The notes under the pieces: generated by a model | The model's database searches: none | What the model was told of the DNA's origin: nothing | What the model saw: the letters and a program-made list of their open reading frames with translations, nothing else | Part shown: positions 28,841-37,340 of the stretch, in pieces | How positions within the stretch are numbered: position 1 is the stretch's first letter | How the letters are laid out: every line of letters starts with the position of its first letter | Position numbers and translations under genes: made by a program | Source: Candidatus Dadabacteria bacterium | GTDB lineage: Bacteria; Desulfobacterota_D; UBA1144; Nemesobacterales; UBA2774 | Direction of reading: 5' to 3' | Assembly (NCBI GenBank): GCA_020849425.1 | Contig: JADLGH010000007.1 | Coordinates: 2,732 to 66,731 of the forward strand | DNA length: 64,000 nt

Positions 28841-30793
28841 ATGGAAACACAGCGAGTCCCTTTCAAAGGCGTAGAGGAAAACGAGGCGATACGCTCCATT
28901 CTCGAGGGCACCTCATCCGAAGTCGGGGAGGCGTTCTTCGATTCGCTCGTCGAAAACCTGTCCAAGGTCCTTCACACGTACGGCGCATGGGTCACCGAAT
29001 ACCTCGAAGACACGAAGCGCCTCCGGTCGATAGCGTTCTTCCTCGGCGGAAACCGGATCGAGAGCTTCGAATATCCGGTCACGGGCACGGTCTGCGAGGT
29101 CGTGGTCGAGGAAAGAAGACTCGTACACATACGGGACAGGCTTTTCGAAAGGTTTCACGGAAACCCCGAGCTCGGAAAGGCCCTCCCAAATTTCCGGGCC
29201 GTAAGCTACCTGGGGATACCCTTTGAGGACACTGACGGGACAATACTCGGACACCTCTCCGTCATAGACCAGCTTCCCATACCCGAGGACCCGCAGGTCT
29301 TTAACGTCTTCCGCATATTCGCCAACCGCGCCAGCGCCGAGATGAGGCGCGTGCGTGCGGAGAAGGAGATACTCCAAAGGGAAGAGAAGCTCCGAAGGCT
29401 GTTCGACAGCGCGATGGACGCGATAATCGAGTTCGACAGCGATTTCAAGGTGACGAGTCTCAACCCCGCGGCGTCGAAGCTGTTCGGATACGGAAGCGGC
29501 AGAATGCAGGGAAGGCTCTTTAACCTCCTTCTTACGAAACAAAGCAGCGCGAAGCTTTTGCGCATATCGGAGTTTCTCGACGCGAAGCCCGAGGGGGAAA
29601 AATTCATCTGGATACCCGAAGGCATAAGGGCCGTAAGCGAAGCGGGGGCCGAGTTCCCGGCCGAGGCCACGCTTTCGAGCTACGTCATGGGAAGCGACAG
29701 GTTCTACACGCTCATACTCCGTAACGTGAACGAGAGGCTCGAAGCCGAGCAGAAAATCCGGTCGCTTGCCAGCATGTCCGAATATCTCAAAGAGGAAATA
29801 AAATCGCTCACCGAAGAAAACGGTATAATCGGCGACAGCGTCCCCCTCAAAAACGTCCTCGAAGACGTTAAGAAAGTAGCCGCCACCGATGCGACGGTCC
29901 TCATACTTGGCGAAACGGGAACGGGCAAGGAGCTCATAGCCAGGTCCATTCACTCTTCGAGCCGGAGGTCTGAAAAACCCTTCGTGAAGGTCAACTGCCC
30001 GGCCATACCTTCTAACCTCATAGAGAGCGAGCTCTTCGGACACGAGAAGGGCGCGTTCACCGGCGCCACCGGAAAGAGAGAGGGCCGCTTCTCCATAGCC
30101 GACGGGGGGACGATCTTCCTCGACGAGATAGGCGAGCTCCCGCTCGACCTTCAGTCGAAGCTCTTGCGGGTGCTCCAGGAGGGGGAGTTCGAGCCCGTGG
30201 GGAGCTCCAGGACCGTCAGGGTAAACGTCCGCGTCATCTCGGCGACCAACAGGGACCTTTTAAAAGAGGTAAGGGAAGGAAGGTTCAGGGAAGACCTCTA
30301 CTACAGGCTGAACGTCTTTCAGATAGAGCTCCCTCCCCTCCGGGAACGCTCCGAAGATATAGAAAGGCTCGCCCGCGCGTTCGCCGATAAATTCTCCGCC
30401 CGGAACGGGATAACGCTCGCCCCCCTCTCGGCCGACGACATCGCCCGGCTCAGGGCATACCACTGGCCGGGGAATATAAGGGAGCTCCAGAACGTTATAG
30501 AGCGCGCTGTCATCACGTCCGCCGGCGGTAAGGCCGATCTCGAAAGAGCCCTCCCCGTACCGAGGGATAGGCCCCCGAGTGCGGGGGGCGACTCCGCGGC
30601 AACCATAAGCGACGACGCCGTCCTCTCCGACAGTGATTTAAGAGAATTCGAGAAGAACAACATACTCCGCGCCCTCAAAAAAGCCGGCTGGAAGGTGTCC
30701 GGCAAAGCCGGCGCGGCCGCAATGCTCGGCATCCCGTCTTCCACCCTCAACTCGAAGATAAAAGCCTTCGGTATAGAAATACCCTCAAAATAA
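28841..30793 (+). CDS. sigma-54-dependent transcriptional activator with N-terminal GAF and PAS sensor domains
   Basis: AAA+ core with Walker A GETGTGKE and the GAFTGA motif ([12 protein letters not shown]). C-terminal Fis-type HTH ([17 protein letters not shown]). The N-terminal ~330 aa carry GAF and PAS ([11 protein letters not shown]) domains. Confidence 0.85.
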   Translation: METQRVPFKGVEENEAIRSILEGTSSEVGEAFFDSLVENLSKVLHTYGAWVTEYLEDTKRLRSIAFFLGGNRIESFEYPVTGTVCEVVVEERRLVHIRDRLFERFHGNPELGKALPNFRAVSYLGIPFEDTDGTILGHLSVIDQLPIPEDPQVFNVFRIFANRASAEMRRVRAEKEILQREEKLRRLFDSAMDAIIEFDSDFKVTSLNPAASKLFGYGSGRMQGRLFNLLLTKQSSAKLLRISEFLDAKPEGEKFIWIPEGIRAVSEAGAEFPAEATLSSYVMGSDRFYTLILRNVNERLEAEQKIRSLASMSEYLKEEIKSLTEENGIIGDSVPLKNVLEDVKKVAATDATVLILGETGTGKELIARSIHSSSRRSEKPFVKVNCPAIPSNLIESELFGHEKGAFTGATGKREGRFSIADGGTIFLDEIGELPLDLQSKLLRVLQEGEFEPVGSSRTVRVNVRVISATNRDLLKEVREGRFREDLYYRLNVFQIELPPLRERSEDIERLARAFADKFSARNGITLAPLSADDIARLRAYHWPGNIRELQNVIERAVITSAGGKADLERALPVPRDRPPSAGGDSAATISDDAVLSDSDLREFEKNNILRALKKAGWKVSGKAGAAAMLGIPSSTLNSKIKAFGIEIPSK

Positions 30794-30934
30794 CGGGCTT
30801 CTCCCGGCTCTATCGAAATCCCGCCTCCCGGAATAGCGGGAAATCGAGAATAGCGAAATCCCGACATACGAGAATTTCTCTCGTTGACTCCCTAAGGCTC
30901 CGTCATACCTGCATTTTTTCGATCTCGCCTCGCC

Positions 30935-30950
30935 TGGCACGCCCTTTGCG
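30935..30950 (+). promoter_or_regulatory. sigma-54 (-24/-12) promoter, consensus match TGGCACG-N4-TTGC
   Basis: cctGGCACgccctTTGCgct lies about 40 nt upstream of the RBS AAAGGAGG and the GTG at 30989. The motif is read directly from the sequence. Confidence 0.6.
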
Positions 30951-30988
30951 CTTAAGCCCGGGCAAATAAACAAAAGGAGGTGATTGAA

Positions 30989-31255
30989 GTGAAGACATTG
31001 ATCGCAGTCATGACGCTTGGGTTCACGCTCGGTTTCGCGTCTCTTTCATCGGCTACGGATTACATGGGGCTCTACACGGGCGCCCCGGCCGTGAAGGATG
31101 TAAAGACGGAAACGAGGGGCGGCGAAGTCGAGTCGACTCCGATGAGCTTTTACCTGGCCCCCGCCAAGGCTCACATCCGGAACGACTCTTCGAAAACTGC
31201 CGTAAGGACCGAAAGCGATGAGAACACCCTTCTCGTATTCAGCGTCAGGATATAA
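30989..31255 (+). CDS. small secreted hypothetical protein (88 aa) downstream of the sigma-54 promoter
   Basis: GTG 30989 is 7 nt after AAAGGAGG. Signal peptide [22 protein letters not shown]. The ORF track's start at 30980 would leave no RBS spacing. Confidence 0.45.
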   Translation: MKTLIAVMTLGFTLGFASLSSATDYMGLYTGAPAVKDVKTETRGGEVESTPMSFYLAPAKAHIRNDSSKTAVRTESDENTLLVFSVRI

Positions 31256-31334
31256 GCCGGCGCTAAAAAAAGCGGGGGCCGGAAGGCCCTCGCTTTTTCG
31301 CATTGAACGAAAACAAAATCATAAGGAGAGAACG

Positions 31335-32153
31335 ATGAGCACGATACAAAATATAGAAGCCGTTAAATCGAGGATGAAGGACGTATGGAATTCCGGGGAC
31401 TACGGCAGATTCGCGACTTACATGGAGCCGGGCGCCCTCGAAATCTTAGAGGGATGGAATATAGCGCCGGGTGAGAGGCTTTTGGACGTCGCCTGCGGGG
31501 CCGGGCAGATATCGATACCGGCCTCCCGCGCCGGGGTCAGCGTCACGGGCGTCGACATAGCCCCCAACTGGATCGCCACGGCGAGGGCGCGGGCTGCGAG
31601 CGAAGGGCTCGACGCCGGGTTCGACGAAGGCGACGCGGAGGCCCTTCCATATAAGGAGGGCGCTTTCGACGTCGTAACGACGCTCGTCGGGGCCATGTTC
31701 GCGCCCCGTCCCGAAATGGTGGCCTCCGAGCTCGTGAGGGTGGCGAGACCGGGCGGCAGGATACTCATGGTCAACTGGACGCCCGAGGGATTCGTAGGCC
31801 GGATGTTCAAGACGATAGGCAGGCATCTCCCGCCCCCCTCGGACGTGCCCTCTCCCCTCCTCTGGGGAAACGAAGAGGTCGTCAAAACCCGCTTCGGCAA
31901 CACCGTAAGCCACATAATCCTGACGAAGAAGATATATCTCCTCTGGAATTATCCCTTCGGCGTGCCCGAGGTCGTCCAGTTCTTCTTCGAGAATTACGGG
32001 CCTACTTACAGGGCGGCCCAGGCGCTCGACGGCGAGAAAAGGGCGGCGCTCCGAAAGGACCTCGAACAGGTGTTCTCCGAGTACAACATAGCCAGAGACG
32101 GCACCACGACGCTCTACAGCGAATATCTCGAAGTCGATGCGGTTAAAAAATGA
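31335..32153 (+). CDS. class I SAM-dependent methyltransferase
   Basis: ATG 31335 follows AAGGAGAGAACG. Motif [11 protein letters not shown], acidic post-I residues and motif II/III (DVVTT...[11 protein letters not shown]). Confidence 0.75.
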   Translation: MSTIQNIEAVKSRMKDVWNSGDYGRFATYMEPGALEILEGWNIAPGERLLDVACGAGQISIPASRAGVSVTGVDIAPNWIATARARAASEGLDAGFDEGDAEALPYKEGAFDVVTTLVGAMFAPRPEMVASELVRVARPGGRILMVNWTPEGFVGRMFKTIGRHLPPPSDVPSPLLWGNEEVVKTRFGNTVSHIILTKKIYLLWNYPFGVPEVVQFFFENYGPTYRAAQALDGEKRAALRKDLEQVFSEYNIARDGTTTLYSEYLEVDAVKK

Positions 32154-32170
32154 CGGAGAAAAATCCGGGA

Positions 32171-32204
32171 AGGGGGCGCGGTCTTCGCAGCGCCCCCCTT
32201 TTTG
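32171..32204 (+). terminator. rho-independent terminator
   Basis: gggggcgcg / cgcgccccc hairpin followed by ctttttg, 17 nt after the methyltransferase stop. It marks the left edge of the low-GC island. Confidence 0.6.
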
Positions 32205-32220
32205 ATTGACGACAATCGCG

Positions 32221-33687
32221 TTAAGATTTAATACGTGTGGGAAGGTTCTTTAGATTGCCCAAAGCAAAACGGCTGTTGCTGCCCTCTCCACATTCTGAAC
32301 AAGATGGGCCTTTACGTGGTTCATCAAATGACATTTGACGGTATCTTGGAATGAAACGCATATAGCTCCGCTCCGCGTTCTGTTCTGTAAGACCTGTCAT
32401 ATATAACATAAAATCATTGGCTGCTTGTGAAGCAGATATTGCGTTGAGAGTTATTACGCTTGGTGCGTGTACTTCAATATCATTAACGTATCTTTGGGCA
32501 GCAAGCTCTTTTTTCCCTTGCCCTTCTTCCTGAAGCTTGGAGGGATCAATAACCTGATTGCACAAAAGACATCCTGCATCAGGAGTAACTGGTCTCACTA
32601 TACTGAAAATGTCTCCTACTTCACCTGTTTCCCCATCAACCGGCACCTTCGCACCAACCTGGACGCCCGGTATCAGGTATTGATGCACAATCGCATTAAA
32701 TAACAATCTTGCACGCATAGTGTCAGCAGCGAGAAATATATAGTCACAATCAAGAAGTCGATTAGCATTTTCTAAATCCAAAACATTGCCATAAACAGCC
32801 TCTATGAGAGCATTCTTGTTTGCTCTACTTATAATTCTCTTTGCGATAGATACCTTTTTCCTAGCCAGTCTTTTTGCCATATTCCGAATCCAAGACGGCA
32901 TACGTTGATCAGCTAACCAGGTAAGGGCATCAAATCTTGTTGCACCGACAACACGAGGAAGGTTAGAAATTTCTATACGGTCATCATCTATCAGTACGAA
33001 GCGACCAACGCCTAGGTGTCCCAAGTACTCAGCCAGGAGAGAGCCTGCACCACCAAGCCCGATAATTCCAATTTTTGTCTTACGCAATATTTGTTGTCCG
33101 ACATTCCCAAAAAGAAGTGCCTGACGGTCATAGGTCTCATCCCGCAAAAGGCTAGTTCCGACCGGAGCATCTCTTAGCAATCGCCTCCGATGTCCGATAA
33201 TGGTCGCGGACGAGAGTTTTATCCGACTATGATCAGAGAGCCAGATATCTCCTGCTACTGCATTTGTTGCAAACACTAAAGCCCCAACGGGCATTCCACT
33301 GGCTATATCCAACAACGCTGGATATACGCGTTCATGGCTCTGCATGTCTTCATGCGAAAAGGCAACTGAGTCAAAACCGCTATGATTATGTACTGCAAGA
33401 TATACAAGCCTTTTATCCCTGCATTCAAGTATATGATTCTGGATAAAATTAGCCTTGAGCATACGATAACCACGAACGCCCGGAACGTAATCTTGCCCGT
33501 CAATCGCGATATGTAGACTACGCGCCAGCAGTCTTACACGGCCGTCCGTAGTTGAGGCTACACCGGCCTTTATAATAGCACCGTGTTCATCACAATCACC
33601 CGGAAATAAATGAGCGTTCAGCTTCTCGTACATATCCCCCGACAATACCAATTCACAATGCCTTCCCTTTATCTGGAGTTTATCCAT
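32221..33687 (-). CDS. JAB/MPN metalloprotease domain fused to E1-like (ThiF/MoeB/UBA) adenylyltransferase
   Basis: N-terminal JAMM-like motifs are E-x2-G (DEHGAIIKAG) and HNHSGFDSVAFSHED (HxH...S-x2-D). The central Rossmann GIIGLGGAGS plus FVLIDDDRIEISNLPR match an E1 nucleotide-binding core. The C-terminal CxxC...CxxC (CLLC, CSEC) resembles the MoeB-type Zn site. Confidence 0.65.
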   Translation of the reverse strand: MDKLQIKGRHCELVLSGDMYEKLNAHLFPGDCDEHGAIIKAGVASTTDGRVRLLARSLHIAIDGQDYVPGVRGYRMLKANFIQNHILECRDKRLVYLAVHNHSGFDSVAFSHEDMQSHERVYPALLDIASGMPVGALVFATNAVAGDIWLSDHSRIKLSSATIIGHRRRLLRDAPVGTSLLRDETYDRQALLFGNVGQQILRKTKIGIIGLGGAGSLLAEYLGHLGVGRFVLIDDDRIEISNLPRVVGATRFDALTWLADQRMPSWIRNMAKRLARKKVSIAKRIISRANKNALIEAVYGNVLDLENANRLLDCDYIFLAADTMRARLLFNAIVHQYLIPGVQVGAKVPVDGETGEVGDIFSIVRPVTPDAGCLLCNQVIDPSKLQEEGQGKKELAAQRYVNDIEVHAPSVITLNAISASQAANDFMLYMTGLTEQNAERSYMRFIPRYRQMSFDEPRKGPSCSECGEGSNSRFALGNLKNLPTRIKS

Positions 33688-34094
33688 TCTATCACCTTGA
33701 GAAGTTTAATTTGAGGTGTTTCGAGATTCGACGAGTTATCTCTTCTATTTGATTTTCTTGAAATTTGAACGGCTGTGCGGCGTTCTCTTTGAGGAATATG
33801 TTTAGCATTTGCAGGTGGATATACATGCCCTTTTGAAAAGGCTTCTCCCAGTTCCTTTGAATCCTTACGAGAAAGATCGTCCCTTACAAAATGGGGATAA
33901 ACATCCGCATAGGGACAGGTATGCGTTATATGAAAACCAATCCATGTTTCACTCTGATTGTAAGTCGATGACAAAGTTATACTTTCGATAATAACAAACG
34001 CCCCGCCTTGCGCATCGGAGAAATAACGCAGGTTATTCTCTCCGTAATGTTCTTTTAACTCTTTAATTGCAGATTCGACGTCAGGGGTTAGCAT
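33669..34094 (-). CDS. hypothetical protein, possibly E2-like (small alpha/beta protein with conserved Cys)
   Basis: 141 aa with a candidate catalytic Cys in FHITHTCPYADVYPHF. It overlaps the downstream JAB-E1 gene by 19 nt, consistent with translational coupling. The E2 assignment comes from operon context and is uncertain. Confidence 0.35.
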   Translation of the reverse strand: MLTPDVESAIKELKEHYGENNLRYFSDAQGGAFVIIESITLSSTYNQSETWIGFHITHTCPYADVYPHFVRDDLSRKDSKELGEAFSKGHVYPPANAKHIPQRERRTAVQISRKSNRRDNSSNLETPQIKLLKVIEWINSR

Positions 34095-34106
34095 GACACA
34101 TCCTCT

Positions 34107-34793
34107 TTATGAATTATCATCATTTGCAATGGCAATAAATTTTTGACCGCGCTGAACCTTAACCATCTCACTATCGGCGACGATCTTAGTCCTCCCGGGA
34201 CCCAGCTCCACAGACAGAATAAAATCCAGTTGTATATTTACACCTTGGTCTATGGCAGCCTGTTTAATATCCAACCCTGTATGTTCATAACCGATCACAA
34301 TAATAGGCTTCTCATTTATAAAGATTTTCACTCTTGAGTCTTGCCTCTGTATTACAAAAAATCTTTCCAAAGAATTCGGGGAAAGATCTACCGTTTCTGC
34401 ATTATTTATAAGGCGGTCCTCATCCTGCCCACGCGCTTCAAGCCAAACCTCATATTCTTCCGGGTCAACTCTTGCAAGTTTCTTAAGCTGCAGGCCAGAT
34501 ATAAGATTGGCTCCCCATGGAAACGAACGCCCGTCTAAGACAAAACGAAAGATGCGATCTGTCTTAAACGTCAGAAATTCCATAATACCGGCCTTACAAA
34601 TATCGATGATTTCATCAAGCCCGATTACTTCTAATAGTCCGTTGTCCAAGAACGTAAGAACTACATGCTCTTCAACCGGACGCTTTCCAGCCTTATCTAG
34701 AAGTTGTCTTCCCAGTGGTTTGGGATCCTCGATTAAAAACCTTTCTCCATCAATTAACACCACATACTCTTTTTCGCCTAGACTTAGATTCAT
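34107..34793 (-). CDS. protein with three tandem beta-grasp (ubiquitin-like) repeats (multi-ubiquitin-like)
   Basis: Three internal repeats of ~70 aa, each with hxhxIDG/NEK ... G(L)D/Q ... pattern (KEYVVLIDGERF..., FRFVLDGRSF..., VKIFINEKPIIV...). First gene of a 3-gene minus-strand operon. No C-terminal GG. Confidence 0.5.
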   Translation of the reverse strand: MNLSLGEKEYVVLIDGERFLIEDPKPLGRQLLDKAGKRPVEEHVVLTFLDNGLLEVIGLDEIIDICKAGIMEFLTFKTDRIFRFVLDGRSFPWGANLISGLQLKKLARVDPEEYEVWLEARGQDEDRLINNAETVDLSPNSLERFFVIQRQDSRVKIFINEKPIIVIGYEHTGLDIKQAAIDQGVNIQLDFILSVELGPGRTKIVADSEMVKVQRGQKFIAIANDDNS

Positions 34794-34945
34794 TTTTACC
34801 TCCGAACCTTTAGATTTTTTTATTCGGCTATCAGCGAGCCCGTAACTACACCTTAAACTTCGCCAAATCAGATGTCAAGTGTTGCACGCCTAAAATAATG
34901 TATAGCATAACAATACATCATCTTTAAAATTTTGGGCGTTTTAGG

Positions 34946-34975
34946 TTGACAGAAGAATTTATCCTGTATTATTAT
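34946..34975 (+). promoter_or_regulatory. sigma-70-type promoter TTGACA-N17/18-TATTAT giving leaderless/short-leader transcript for the HTH gene
   Basis: TTGACA at 34946-34951 and TATTAT at 34970-34975, with the ATG of the HTH gene at 34982. Confidence 0.5.
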
Positions 34976-34981
34976 AGAGTT

Positions 34982-35341
34982 ATGAATGAAAGCTCAATTT
35001 ACGAGAAAATAGGCGCACTTATTAAGAAAAATCGCGTTAATCGTAATATGACTCAAAGCGATTTAGCAAAGAGAGTTGGGCTTTCAAGAGGTTCCATAGC
35101 AAATATAGAAAATGGTTCTCAGCGTATCCTCGTACATCAACTCTATATCTTCTCAAAGTATCTAGAAATTAAAACTGAAGATTTATTGCCAGAACATTTA
35201 GAAGAAAATATTGAGAACATAAAGAAAATTCAGATAGAAGTGCGAGGATCGCAAGATAATACTGTGCACAAGCAAACAAATGACAAATTGTTATCTTGGA
35301 TAAGCGAAATGATGGGAAAGGCCACACATGACCGAACCTAA
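34982..35341 (+). CDS. XRE-family HTH transcriptional regulator (Cro/CI-type; CapH-like)
   Basis: HTH_3 domain LIKKNRVNRNMTQSDLAKRVGLSRGSIANIENGSQ. It overlaps the downstream ImmA-like gene by 14 nt. Start ATG 34982; the ORF track start at 34946 is the -35 hexamer. Confidence 0.75.
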   Translation: MNESSIYEKIGALIKKNRVNRNMTQSDLAKRVGLSRGSIANIENGSQRILVHQLYIFSKYLEIKTEDLLPEHLEENIENIKKIQIEVRGSQDNTVHKQTNDKLLSWISEMMGKATHDRT

Positions 35342-35879
35342 ATCATACGCAGTCAGCATACTTCAAAAATTTAAAATTAATTTTGTCCCTGTTCCCGTTG
35401 AAGATATAGCAAAAGGGCTTGGTGCTAAAGTTGTATTCTCAGCTCTTGAAGATAGTCATTGTGGAATGATTCATATGCAAGGTAACATCATCGTGATAGG
35501 AGTCAATTCAATACATCCCAAAAATCGACAAAGGTTTACTATTGCACATGAAATTGGCCACCTCGTTATGCATAAGGACGAAATTAGTGAAAGTATTCAT
35601 ATAGATCAAGCCTTTGGTGAAAGATTAAACCGAGATGGAAGATCCTCTTTAGGAGAAGATTTAAAAGAAGTACAGGCTAACAGATTTGCGGCTGAGCTTT
35701 TGATGCCAACCAGTATCTTAAAAAGGGAAACTAAGAATCAGCGTATTGATATTGAAGATAGTGAATTTATTGAAAAGCTGGCTCAAAAATTTCAGGTAAG
35801 TTTTCAGTCCATGTCTATTAAATTACTCGATACTTTTTATAAAAACTATTCATTATCAACTTCTAAGTTGCATCCTTAA
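35328..35879 (+). CDS. ImmA/IrrE-family zinc metallopeptidase (HEXXH; CapP-like)
   Basis: HEIGH motif (FTIAHEIGHLVMH). The N-terminus is typical of DUF955/ImmA. Paired with the XRE HTH. Confidence 0.8.
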   Translation: MTEPKSYAVSILQKFKINFVPVPVEDIAKGLGAKVVFSALEDSHCGMIHMQGNIIVIGVNSIHPKNRQRFTIAHEIGHLVMHKDEISESIHIDQAFGERLNRDGRSSLGEDLKEVQANRFAAELLMPTSILKRETKNQRIDIEDSEFIEKLAQKFQVSFQSMSIKLLDTFYKNYSLSTSKLHP

Positions 35880-35967
35880 TTCGGATGTTAACATTATTAT
35901 CATTCTTTCCCCCAACAACCATTATATTATGTTTCTCCTCTATTCTTATACTTCGCTGATATGGCCC

Positions 35968-36975
35968 TCACCTCTCCGTTCTGATATGCCGGCGTACGGC
36001 ATAGTACTTTCTTATAAGCCGCTTGACGATACCCATCGTCAGCCCGGACGGGTTCACTACGGCCGACTTGTATATTCCGGTCTCCAGCTCACTCAGCTTG
36101 TAGCGCCTGAGTCCTCGTGAAGACGGCTCTCCGGCCGCCGATATTCCCTTCAGCGTCTCGGCGAATACCCCTTCGTCGGACGCCATATCGCCCTTGTCAG
36201 AGATCATGATGTTGTCCTTGCCTGTCTTTAAATATTTTCTCGCCCCGCCGATCGGAGCCAGCAGGTGCCATACGATCGCCTCGGTCGTGATCATCATCGT
36301 GTAACCCCGGGCGTAGAGCCTTGCGCAAAGGTCGCTCTCTTCCCTGAACGCCACATCCGAATATCCGGGGACCGCCCATCCCCCCGCGTCTTCTATGGCG
36401 CTTCGTCTGTAGAGTATCGCCCCGCCGCCCAGCGATTCGGCCTCTAGTATTTCTGGAAGGTTGTACTAGAAATGACCCTGGAGTCTCCAGTCGGGCCTGT
36501 CGAATCTGGGGATCCATTCGGGATCGCCGAGGGCGACGTCCAGGTCGAGCGGGCCGCTGCCGGGCTCGGGGTGGAGCCCCCCGACGGCTGCGAGCGGCTC
36601 GGACGGAAAGAACCTGAACGGCTTCAGCATGTTCTCGAGGAACGAGGGCTCCGGGAACATGTCGTCGTCTATCCGGAGTACGAGCTCTATGCCTTCGGGG
36701 ACGGCCTCCATTGCGCCCTGGTGCCTTTCCGCTCCCTTGTCCGTGCGTATCATCCGGACGTCGTGTCCCGTCCTTTGCGCGAGGGCGAGCAAGTCCCTCA
36801 CGGCGTGATCCCTGCCTACGGGCGCATCGCTCTGGTCGTTTATCACCAGCATCCAGTTCGTATACGTCTGGCCCAATATGCAGGATATAACGATAGAGAG
36901 GTACGAGGGCCTGTTCCTCGTCGGGACGGCTACGGCTATCTTTTCATCGCTGCGAAGCGGCTTCAGGTCTATCAC
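35968..36975 (-). pseudogene. family 2 glycosyltransferase interrupted by an in-frame TAG at 36466-36468
   Basis: N-terminal ORF 36466..36975 (VAVPTRNRPSYLSIVISCILGQTY...DDD) and C-terminal ORF 35968..36354 (FREESDLCARLYARGY) share one frame, joined by ...DWRLQGHF*YNLPEILEAESLGGGAILYRRSAIEDAGGW.... Confidence 0.7.
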
Positions 36976-37340
36976 GCTCTCTCACCTTACAAATTGGAAA
37001 TGACGTTCACGAATCTCATCTCCTGGTACAGCCGGCTGCAGCGCCATACGCGCAGCCATGCCCAATATTCTTATCATATTAGCCCGAACGTCGCCAGGCA
37101 TCCTCGTGAGAAGATTTCCGACGATACCGCGCGCTTGAGCTTCCACGAATGCCTCGCTACCCTTTCCTCCGGCCTTATTACCGAATACTGCAGCCCTGTT
37201 TATGGATGTTGTACGGTGTATTACAGTATAATTTCGATGATAACCCTTCTCCCATTCCTTAGGCGCTTTAAACGGCGACCGACCCGAATCCTGAGCTGTA
37301 CTATAAACGAGTTGAAAATTAAACCGAAGGAGTAAAGATC

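Noticed and set aside
28913-30043. 376-aa ORF antisense to the first sigma-54 activator
   Set aside because: Antisense artefact within a gene with clear AAA+/GAFTGA motifs.
32206-35950. Attachment-site direct repeats or an integrase flanking the low-GC island
   Set aside because: No repeated >=10-mer was found at the two borders by eye, and no integrase/recombinase gene is present. The mode of acquisition is unresolved.
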